Assembly (NCBI GenBank): GCA_051362555.1
Contig: CM120642.1
Span: 14,446,001 to 14,510,000, forward strand
Reading direction: 5' to 3'
DNA length: 64,000 nt
Origin: Lingula anatina
Taxonomy: Eukaryota; Animalia; Brachiopoda
The translations under genes were made by a program, and so were the position numbers. Numbering within the stretch: the first letter of the stretch is position 1; each line of letters starts with the position of its first letter. Shown one piece after another: positions 11,701 through 21,900 of the stretch. The notes beneath the pieces were generated by a model, which saw only the letters and a list, made by a program, of their open reading frames with translations, did not search any database and was not told where the DNA came from.

Positions 11701-14224
11701 CTTGCATTTGCTGAGGAAAAAAGAGAGAAAGAGAAAATGGTTCTATGAAGTTGTCAAACAGTGGGTTCAATTGGGAGATCATGATATCAACGAAAATAGC
11801 CAAAACAGTTTGTCAGCTTCTTTGTGAACCATTCCAAAGTTCTTTTTTAATTTACCAATAGTATATAGCATAATAACATATTTTAAATATTTAACTTCTG
11901 TAATACCTGATATTTCAGACTGTCCTAGGGGCAGACAGTGCAGACCTCCACACAGTTGCCATCAGGCCACATGGTATATTTGGACCCAGGGACCCACACA
12001 TGTTACCTACTACCATAGCCACAGCCAGGGCTGGGAAGATGAAGTTCATGATAGGGTGAGGAAAAATGGGGTGGTGGGGGTGGGTTAGAGGACAGTGTGA
12101 CTGTGGTCACACCAAGGATTGGAAAGAAGGAAGGGAGGAATGCACTTAGAACACTCACACTGACTGGCAGACATTTTAGGCAAATTAATATCCTAAAATG
12201 TAATCTTGTACTTGGCATATTATTAAACAATTGGAAACTTTAGACATAAACATCATTTTATACTCTCATAAGTTGCATTCCCCACCAACGTGGACAATTA
12301 AGTTTCAGATTATAAGGCAGTTTGCACGTTTTAGTCACGTCAGTTTGCCATCAGAGGCAAAACATATCTACTAGTACAGGGAAGTTGAGAAATTGATAAG
12401 ACTTAGGTGGATTTTTTTCCTAGATATTTACCTAAATGAGTTTGTATATTAACACCAATTTCTTGACAACAATGAACACAAGAAGAAAAAAACCTTTGGG
12501 CTACATTGGTGCTTGTGGTATTAGACCATGTGAGTTCATTATCGAAATCAAACTAATCCAACATTAAGGTGTCTGGGGCAATGAGGGTTAATATTTTAAA
12601 AGTTTTGAAGCAAACAGCTTCTCCATTTTCAAGTTGCGTGAACAAGGGAAAGGCTAGTTGACATGGTGATGGCCCAGTGCACAGTCACAACAATACTTGT
12701 TCATGAAAATTCTTCAGAATTCTTTTTTTTTTTTTGTCTTTCAAATTATATTTTGAAATAAATGTACATGAGATTTAAATTTGCTTTTATCGAGACGTTT
12801 TAATTCTTAATTGTTAATTAGACTTGTGGTACTTATATTTATCATTGAAGAAAAGATACCTTATGAAAAACAGCAGCAATGTTGTAAAGTAGACATCTTG
12901 AGACAGAATTCACAGTAAATGTTTTTGATTTCTGCATGGCTGCTTAGACTGGGTTCCCATACATAGATCAATCCATCTGGATCGATCTAACTCCCTGAGG
13001 AGTTTCACTAAATTGTTATCAACTAACTGGCTTAAATGTCTGTCACGCCAACAAAATCAGCTAGGGGGTAAAGATAATTATCTAACCGCTTTACTAGGCG
13101 TGACAGCCATTTAAGCCCACCAAGTTGACAGCAATTTAGTGAGACTCCCCAGGGAGATGGATCAATCCAAATATCTTTGGGAATGGTCCCTTAGTTTGCC
13201 CTTTATTCTATCACTATCAATCTTTTACCTGCTAACACCTAAGAAGTGATTGTGAAAGCAAATGCCATTATGATGATGATGCACACTAACACAATGTCAG
13301 CTACAGAAGCAATATTCAATCCTTATTGAATTGACAGGAATGGTAAGAACCTGGTGGACTTTACCTATGTAGAGAATGTGGTCCATGGTCATATCATTGC
13401 AGCAGAGAAGCTGGAAGCAGGATCTCCAGTCTGTGGCAAGGTCAGTTTAACTCTTCTGGGTCAATCTCATGGCACACTACTACATATATATTTTAAGAAA
13501 AGGCAAATGTTTCATCCAATTATCCTTAGCCCAATGATTTCTTTTTTTCAAGAATAATTCAAATTTGTATGTCCACTTGGGACTAGCTGTTTTTGTCCAT
13601 TATATGCAAAGTCAATTATACATGGACTTTATACCATCCTTTAGTGAATAAACAGGACTGAGACTTCCAGATTTAATATGTCATAACCAAGTGTTTGTTT
13701 AATGCAAAGCTGTCACATGCAAGATCTAATTCAACTATACAGAGTCAACAATGAAGCTTCCATGCAATGAGCAGGTTTGACTATGCACCATTTGGACTGC
13801 AGTGATCGCAAATTTTAACACCAGATTATACTCATCAGATTAAAAACTGTTAAATGCCTATCGTTTTACTGCTCACTTACCCTTACAGGCTTACAACATC
13901 ACCAATGATGAGCCCATCTATTTCTGGTCCTTCTTGTCCAGACTGTTGACTGGGCTTCAGTACGACACACCAAAGTACAGCATTCCATATACAGTGATAT
14001 TCTTCATTGCGCTGCTAGTCCAGTTCTTCTGCTTCCTCCTGCGCCCTCTGGTGACCATCAAACCCACCTTCACGCCCATGAGAGTGGCACTGGCAGGAAC
14101 ATTTCACTACTACAGTTGTGATCGAGCCAAGAGAGACATGGGGTACGCACCAATAGTGCCCCTGGACAAGGGGATAGAATTGACGATAAAGGCGTTTCCT
14201 CATCTTAAGAACTCTAGGACTTAG
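1..14224 (+). CDS. NSDHL: Sterol-4-alpha-carboxylate 3-dehydrogenase (decarboxylating); 5' end lies outside the window; 6 coding exons visible
   Basis: Phase-consistent GT-AG exons: <1-105 ([15 protein letters not shown]), 485-631 (VFHCASPP...[12 protein letters not shown]), 1483-1611 ([13 protein letters not shown]...YYTETK, SDR YxxxK), 11919-12055 ([13 protein letters not shown]), 13338-13440 ([19 protein letters not shown]), 13889-14224 ([10 protein letters not shown]...[22 protein letters not shown] stop). Motifs match vertebrate NSDHL as I recall it. Confidence 0.96.
2714..2757. repeat. (AAT)n microsatellite
   Basis: About 14 consecutive AAT units. Confidence 0.95.
4737..6653 (+). CDS. 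Intronless type I membrane LRR-Ig (LIG-like) receptor, 638 aa, nested in NSDHL intron 1612-11918
   Basis: Signal peptide ([17 protein letters not shown]), LRRNT (CPKACMC...C), about 7 LRRs, LRRCT ([10 protein letters not shown]), I-set Ig ([15 protein letters not shown]...DGTLSI...DGEYTL), Thr-rich stalk, TM helix ([24 protein letters not shown]), Ser/Arg-rich tail. In-frame TAG at 4701-4703 precedes the ATG. Confidence 0.93.
   Translation: MDPMCFQFFLLFLMVTNLGSTQVCPKACMCVPYANGTVDARCHQEGLNGFPKGLPPNIRILQIVGINVTHVIPNVTRADLSPYKNLEELEIVNANVELVTDNAFADLKTLRRLKLNHNRITKLHQDTFQSLTDLTELYINDNPIKELDPGTFHYQKRLTKLQLQNMTLNSLVNGMFDGLDLLELLNLNHNNIQHIEDKVFVPLNSIQGIDLSFNRLTSLSSTLAQVVPRLKLGIKLVGNPLICNCEIAWFKSSPAIYMKLGRNYCFNLKSGKWIRNTIPRAKLTCSKPDFENATCLSSYTVKEGGAIDLGCPIIGEPFPDVTWLSPGGSKIILGKPSNNTNYEVNLDGTLSIAAASLMEDGEYTLSAVNREGSFVFKLTLVVEVPTTTSTTTEATTMVETTEASTVAETTTVTTTVIPTTTEAETTTVIPTTTEAETTTVTTTVIPTTVVETTEPATTTELTTQKLTTTVETTTQTEAFTTRTVTTAPPTTSEVTTKATQLAVTTQQMTETPTSTGMTKPEVQKQETPDNTAAVVGGVLGSLAGVIAIIASVLSYLKFCRKSGKVGYGNLDNRRDSVQSNASQQTELDSERTESDRLSPDRSSPVSRAFSSPRNSIAPSPRSADMYYVNNNMFNSSEA
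5955..6080 (+). repeat. Coding tandem repeats in the mucin stalk ([12 protein letters not shown]-type units)
   Basis: acagtgattccaacaaccacaga(g/a)gcagagacaac occurs twice, followed by a degenerate third unit (acagtgattcctacaac). Confidence 0.85.
12945..13193. mobile_element. Palindromic MITE (~245 bp), same family as the copies at 61823-62262
   Basis: Imperfect fold-back: ttcccat...gatcgatctaactccctgaggagtttcactaaattg versus caatttagtgagactccccagggagatggatc...tgggaa. Shares ctaactccctg and tagtgagactcccc blocks with the 62-kb copies. Ends approximate. Confidence 0.8.
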
Positions 14225-14288
14225 TGATTGCATTTTATTATATATGTATTTCTCATCAAAAAATTTAGTATTGATGATACAGTATTAA

Positions 14289-15348
14289 GCCTAGGTCCCA
14301 ACCAAACGTACGGGCTGCTACGTCTGGTCTACGGCCAAAACATGGGGAAAACGTGGGAGTTCGTGCGTGAGGAGCATGTCCATCATGCGACTTTTGGAGG
14401 ACGCAAACAGCACGTAGAAACTTTTCACCAATTACTCGATTCCTTCCCTGCGATCTAGCTACGTCCTAGCTGGATGCAAGGGTATGGGCGGCCAAAAGGG
14501 CAAAAAATCCTGTCGTCGATTCAGTTATGTTTCGTCGATTCACTGCCTTCCCATCGATTCAGTTTCAAGTTTAAACGATCCTGTCATAAATTCAACATCT
14601 ACTTTCGTCAATTCAACTGTCAAACATTTCTCATCTAAGGTGTATTAAAACCAATGCCGTCACTGTTTTCGTCGATCGTGTAACTATTCTCGTCGATCGT
14701 GTAACTATTCTCATCGATCGTCTAATCTCGTCGATCGTGTAACTATTCTCATCGATCGTCTATTCTCGTCGATCGTCTCATCGATCGATCGCCAGAGGGC
14801 GCTGCGGTAGCACATTGGCCTATCACATGACTATCAAAATGGCAGACAACAAAATGATTGCTAGTGAAATAAGAACATTTTCTCAACAATTTCAATTTTA
14901 GTTGTTAATAATTAAAAGACATTCGGTTGTAGGGACATTATTTTCTAGTTGTGCTTAACTCTGACCATGGCTGGCCGAGTTAAAAATTACCCCGTGATTG
15001 ACAGACAGAAGCACGTGTTGCTACCGCAGCGCTCTCTGGCGATCGATCGATGAGACGATCGACGAGAATAGTTACACGATCGACGAAAACAGTTTGACGA
15101 TCGACGAGATTAGTTACACGATCGACGAAAATAGTGACAGCATTGATTTTAATACACCATACATGTAGATGAGAAATGTTTGACAATTGAATTGACGAAA
15201 GTAGATGTTGAATTTATGCCAGGATCGTTTAAACTTGAAACTGAATCGATGGGAAGGCAGTGAATCGACGACATGAATTTTTGCCCTTTTGGCCGCCCAT
15301 ACAAGGAACCTAAAAACTGTGCATCCAAAACGTAGTTGGGACCTAGGC
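14289..15348. mobile_element. MITE with 14-bp TIRs flanked by TTAA, interrupted by a second element
   Basis: ttaa|gcctaggtcccaac ... gttgggacctaggc|ttaa (TTAA at 14285-14288 and 15349-15352). Can also be read as a TA-flanked element with a 15-bp TIR. Confidence 0.85.
14482..15302. mobile_element. Foldback-type non-autonomous element with ~300-bp inverted arms, subterminal tandem repeats and 4-bp TSD
   Basis: aagg|gtatgggcggccaaaagggcaaaaa ... tttttgcccttttggccgcccatac|aagg. Arms run ~14482-14811 and ~15020-15302 and contain TCGTCGATCGTGTAACTATTC-type repeats. Confidence 0.9.
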
Positions 15349-15926
15349 TTAACGGTACATGGTAATTGAATTAACTATAAAAACTTTCTCATCTTGTCAG
15401 AGATATTGTGTTAGATTTAATTAAATATTTTACAACAGCAAATCATTTTGATGCAGTCATTTTTAATTTAATGCCAATCTCTCTAGATATTATCATGGTG
15501 TTCTTACAAGAATTGTCACTTTAACTGTATTGGTATGCTTTGTTGGGCAAGGAATCTTTATGTCATTAATTCAATAAATATTCCTCTTTTCCCTTAAGAT
15601 CATGAATGAACAAGATAACTGCAGTGTGTATAAAAACTGCATTCAAATATAACTGAATGTCATCTCATTATATTCTCATATATATCTACATATTTAATTC
15701 AATGTAAATCATGAATATTTATACATCTGTAATTGTTACACAAACACTGTCAAAGATTCTACTTCCATGAATCTTAATAAATATACTGTTTGGAAGAGAT
15801 TATTTACCTGAGCATTGGCAGTCATTTTTGTAAATTTTGGCTGAAATGCCATTAACTTAATTCAGGCAAAACCTGTTGGGTGAAGTGGATAACAGTATCA
15901 CTGTGTAGATAATTATGAACTTTAAA

Positions 15927-18900
15927 TCATGAAAGGTTTGATGAAAATATTTTTGCTATTCTCTTTGTCTCTTCTGCAGTGGGAAGGGGTCTACTTTTTA
16001 CTGATAAAGGTATCTTAGGCTTGTTGCCTGGTTTGGAAGATAACCTGTTCACCAGTTCATTGGCAGCTTTTGCTTTTTGTTCTGTTCTGGGATCTTGAGG
16101 AGCCTTGAAAGAAAAAATAAGTATGCTGACGTGATAGCCTACTAAAGTGCTGCTGTCTATAGCCTATAGGCTATTCAATCAAGCCAGAAAATAAGGTTTC
16201 AACCAATTCCCCATAATTAATGGTATTTTCAAAGTAACATGTCCACTTTTTCTCTGCTAGATAGAAAAAGTTATTCCAAACAAAGTTAATTTTTAATTTG
16301 TTTACTTGATCTATAATGTCCTGCCTCCTTGGTTCTGGTCTAGGATGGAGAGCAGTGGCCATCTGCAGTGCCCTCATGGAAGCCTCTAGGTCCTGGGCTG
16401 GCAAGAAGAAGTTTGGAACAGTAGCTGCCTGGGATCTATGATGATATGAGTCAAGGGAAATACTGCACATTTTTTTGGAGAAAAAATACATTAAATAAGA
16501 TTTATTTGAAGATTATAATAATATCAACAATATTATCGATGCATCTTTAAAAACTGAAGTTTTTGAAAGAATTCAGTAGGAAAGATAACAGGATATACAA
16601 AAATTGGTTCATTTTAAAGTTGTTTCAATAACTTGATAACATGAAAGGATACGGTTCCTCAGATCTAGGTGGTACATTCTCCTTTAGATCTGCAGGTGCT
16701 CTAGATAAAGGTAGAACTTCTGATTCGCTGCTCGAGTCCTGATTGCCATTTCTTTCAGAGAACTTAGGTCCTGTTTTCACAGGAGACTTGCCTTTCTCTT
16801 TATTAAGTCTATTACCAGTGTCCACATCTCTCATATACCTCTCCTCTCCTCTCTTGGTCAAGACAGGACCATGAGAAGTCAATTCACCACTATGTTGGAC
16901 ATGTCTTGCATCAGATCTACCAAAAGGTGGCACTGTACGAGGTGAATAATGTTGCTGGCTGTCCAGGTCAGAAGAACATGGTGTTGGGGTCCCGCTCAGC
17001 CCTTTCTCTGGTGTAAAATAAACCTGGTGATCATGTTCAGTATTTGTCATGAACACTGGACTAACTGGACTGGGTGTCCTCAGGGTGCTGCTGGATTGTG
17101 CTCCAGTCAACTCCTGTTCTTTGTGATGAGATGGTGGTGGCAGGATGGGACTGGGCGTGTTGGAGGCTGAGGTCTCCTCTCTGGATTCAACCTGTCTGTG
17201 CCTGTCACCAGTTGGAATCAATGAGGGAGATTGTCTGTCTGAAGGTGGGGGCGGGTTCGTGAAAAATGCCTCTATTTCTTGATCCTCTTCTTCAGATCTT
17301 TGAACTTCATCATGTAACAGATGTTGGCCAACAGAGGTCACTGGCGATGTCTTGTCAAGACGTGACTGTTCAGGAGCAATGGAAGCATCACTTAGCCAGC
17401 TATCCTTCTCACTAAACCTTTGAACTTTAGGAGGCCCTACTGGTTTGAACTCAGCTGGCTGTGGTAGTTTGCCTGTCCTTTCCTCTAGTCCCCAGCTAGA
17501 GATATCATTGAGAGGTTTCGGGACCACAAAACTTGTGTCCTCGTTTTCCACATCTTCTTCACCTTCTGAGGAACTTGGCCTCTGTTTCCATCCTGTTAAA
17601 ATTTCATCATCATCATCACTATCATGTACTGAGAGAAGTGAAGAGGCAGGAGACATTGCTCTCAGTTGAACGTCTAAATCAGTCCTATCTGTAGGCTGTG
17701 CTGTATGTGGTCTTGGAGGTATGTCGTCGAATTGCAATTTTGTAACCACACTGCCTTCTCTTCCATTAACTTGGTCCTGAACTGTGTGTTTTAATTTGTC
17801 AGGTCTGGAGGGCTCCTCACCAGAAGTCTGTTTCTCAGGATTGTATGATGGAAACTTAGCTGCAAGCTTTGGAGACAAAAGAGCGTGTGGTCTTTGATCA
17901 CCTTGAGATTCTTCACCTTTGCCTGAGCCAGGCCCAGTTTGAGGCATTTTGCTGCCAGAAAGTAGTCCAAGGCTCTCAACAGGTGTCACTTCACCTTCTC
18001 TTTCAAGATGGGGCCTGTCTGTACTTCCAAACATATCCTGCACAGTTTGGTGTACAATTCCAGCTACTGGATTGTGTGAGTTTTGTTTGTGTCTACCATG
18101 TCGTTCGGGTTGTGTCTGTGGTCTTTGTTGCTGCTGTTGTTGTTGTTGTTGTGATGTCAGCTCATCTGGCCATTTAGAACTTGCCAACTTGAACTGCAGT
18201 CTTCTTGTGATATCATCCAAATCACGCATATTGGACCTGGAACAATGTTGTTGAGGGTGAAAATGAGTGTGCACAATATTAAATACAAATAGTTTTCCTT
18301 ATTGTTTTTCTGTCTTTCTTACAATTAAACCATTTATTCTTTGTATTTACACTCAGAAAAACTAAACAAGGGTGTGGATTTTCAATGTGAAAATGAAGTG
18401 AATTTAATGACTGATAACAACTATATCTCAAACATATGCAACAATCAATATACATTTCATCAAATACTTTGCACTGACAGCTTGCATTCTGTGCCTTTGA
18501 CCTATTGTAAATCACATGAGCTGAGGAACCCAGATTCACCAACCTGAGATTTGAGAAAAGGAAAGAACTGGAAGAATTTCCCTGCTGGAGTGGCTCCCTC
18601 TCTGCTGCTGCCTGGTAATGATCCTGTGGTGCCACCTGGTGATGTGCTGGTGCTGCCCCCTGCTGGTGCAATTGTTCGTGGTACTTTTTGACATTTTGAT
18701 AGTGCTCTTCATGATGGGGTGGCAGAGGTGGCAGTGAGTGATGGTCTTCAAGCCGTATCTGTTGTTCTGGGTACCAGGAGAGATGGGCAGGAAAACTTGG
18801 ATAGGTGGCAGATGATGCATACATTCCTCCAAATGGCTTCTGGAACATGCAGAGACTGAATGTTTACTCAGTGACTGGCCTTTCATTTGCAACTTGCTTC

Positions 18901-21900
18901 AAAAGTTAGTGACGTATTAGGCTTAACATTTTTACTGGTCCAGCCAAAGCTGATAACTAATACTTCTACATAAAACTTCACAAAAAACGTTATCATATAT
19001 TGAGATTTGCAACAGAAAAAATAAAATGAGTTACAAAAGCAAAGATGATCAGAGACAACATAAGAAGCCGCTGAAGCAACATAGAGTTGCAAATAAACCA
19101 AACAGATTAAGTCATAAAATGTATCAATGAACATATCCATAAACCAAATAAAATTATACATTTAAATTTACGAATGTCCATGAGACATAAGTTCATAAAC
19201 TAACCACCAATTTTTACCTTTGGTGTAGTCTTCTCCTCTGGTGCAGACTTCTCTATGGGCTGGAGTATCTCCTGGGGAACCACACTGACTTTAATCTGGC
19301 CCTGGCACTGTCCACTGAAGTCCATGATGTTATACCAGCCACAGATCTGCTTCAAGCCATGCAGGAGAGGAGACAGGTCCACAGATACAAACCCTAGTAC
19401 TCTGTCCACTGGCTTATCTGAAATGTTAAAGGTTGGGGAAGTGATGGCCGTATTAATCAGTGTGCTGATGTATAATATTTACTTGTTAATGTGAACTGAA
19501 TTTAGGGATTAGGAATTACTTTTTTCCTGCATTTCAAGCTAAGAAATTGTTGCATGCTAATGCACTTTGAGAGGTTATAATAATAATGCAATATAACAAA
19601 TGAATAAAACTTTAAGTGCAGAAGTCTATCTAAGGAAGGCCCCCCCCCCCCAATCTAAATATTCTTCTGTTGAATACTTCATACCAAGTCCAAGAACTAA
19701 AAAAGGTAAAAATCATCCAAAACATGGAAAAAACCTACCTGGTGATTGTGAAGCTGCCTTGGGTTTGTGCCACACCTTGAAGACCAGATGCTGCAAGACA
19801 AATATTGAACAGATCTTACATGGACTAACCACATGGAACAACCATCATGTAGGTATGCAGTAAATGCAAGTAACAACAAAATGCATTTTACATTAATTGA
19901 CACTAGGCAAACATTTGGAACAAATAAGTCCTTCAAACTTGAAAAAATGAGGTAATCTAGACAAATTTTAATCTAATTTTTGTTTCTACAGAAAATTATA
20001 CATTTAACTCAAACAGTAGATTTTAGGCAGACAAAATGGATGGAAAATGTAAACCATTTTCATTACCTTGCTCTCTCCATACAACAGGTCTTTACTGAGC
20101 CTAGTATCATGCTGATGCTCCCACAGTGGGCAGTCTGTACTGGGGACTACATTAGTATGGGATGGGGCAGTTTTCTCTGCAGTCTGGTAGGCTACATAGC
20201 TGTTGGGTGGACCGGTTTCATGGCTGGGAGAAAAAACAAATATGATGAAGATGGATAAAATTCTGATAATTGTTCCCATTTATGTTAACTGGTAAACCGA
20301 TAAGATTTTAGTAGGGGTTGCCTCACAGTTAGCTGTACTGGAAAAACTAGAAGTAACCACCTATTACTAATTATTATCTTACATCAAAAAGATTCTTTAG
20401 TTTATTCTGAACAAAAGCCAAACTAGCTTTTAAGCTCCAAATGTGACTTTATCAATCTTTAAGTTTGTAATATGGACTTACAAAGGCGGGCTATATGTGA
20501 AACCACTTTTTTAATTCTAATAAATGATCCATATAGAATTCTCAAAAAACATCTATCTGTCCCCTACCTGTGCTTGTCTGTGACTACAGGTAAATGTAAA
20601 GCCCTCTCAATACTGATATGTGCTGCAAAACTGTGCTTGTCTGGAGGAATGATATCTTCTTCTTCATCTCTGGACTTTTGCTTTTTGTGTGCTCCACCTT
20701 CCTTTTCCTTACCATGTCTTGATCTGGGTAACATTTCTACGTCAGAGTTTTCATCGCTGCTGGCAAATGTCACCTCTTCTTCTGATTCCTGGCAATTTAA
20801 GAAAGAAAATCAATATTAACTGTGTATTGATCTGCTGCTATTATAAAAGATGTATACAATACTGCACATGAAATGACAATTACAATTTTTTTTTCATTAT
20901 GAAGATTTACCTTTCAACAAAAGATAAAAACAAGGGCTTTTTTTAAAGAAATACTGTGAACTCTTGAGAAGTCCTTTGTGTAACAGGTAAACTAATACTC
21001 TATGTATCTAGTGCAGTCTAGAACTCTATGTTACTAGTACAGTTTAGTACTCTATGCATCTAGTGCAGTCTAGTGCTCTGTCCCTGTATACCTGTTCCAT
21101 TCTTCCAAATGCTGGTTTCAGAGTGATATGTGCCCTGAGGAAAGCACCCCCCAGACTGGACACCCCTGGCTTGAACAGGGGGTACATGCCACTGGAAATA
21201 CACCACAAGATATGTGAACTTTATCCAAGAACTAAACATATACTGCCAATGATGGATAATGATGGATTACAGTAACAGTTACTATTATCTTTATTTTCTA
21301 GCAAATGTACAAATACGCAGGCCAAAATTCTTGCTTCCTTAGCTGTCAATAAAAGTAACACACATCTTTTTGTTTGTTTTTCACCAACTATCCAACATAC
21401 TTTCATAACAATCAGGGCTTACTTGAAAATTGGATACAAAATATATTAGCACATTCATATTCCATAATCAAGAGAAAAACACACCCTTTCAGTCTGTATA
21501 TACAGAATCTGTTAGTATACACCTACCTAACCCTATGTTGTCTTCTCCTCCTGTCTGCTAGACTCTCCAGGTCTATGTAAGCACAGCCTATAAGCTTGTC
21601 CCTGTGACGTGGCTTAGCCCTCTCTCCCTCCTTACCACTGTAGCTCACCCACAGCTGAATTTCAAGTCTCTCTTCCTTCAAATACCTGGAATTGTGCAAA
21701 TCTAGAAATCTAGATCTCATATAATGCATAAAACTCCTTGCATTCACTTTACTCGCATCAGCCTTACTTCCAAGAATTCTAAAAAAAATAAAAGTCTTCT
21801 AAATCTGTTTTTACTTTAAGCCACACAGAAATGTAGACACATCACATTTAATGTACTTGTTTTGCAGTCAGGCATATAGTTGATGTCTCCGGAAGGGTGC

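Noticed and set aside
14670-14790. Regular TCGTCGATCG repeats resembling a CRISPR array
   Set aside because: No unique spacers, mirrored in the opposite arm, eukaryotic context and no cas genes. They are transposon subterminal repeats.
16625-18274. 549-aa ORF as a standalone gene
   Set aside because: It is the large C2CD3 exon 18236-16653, with in-phase splice sites at both ends.
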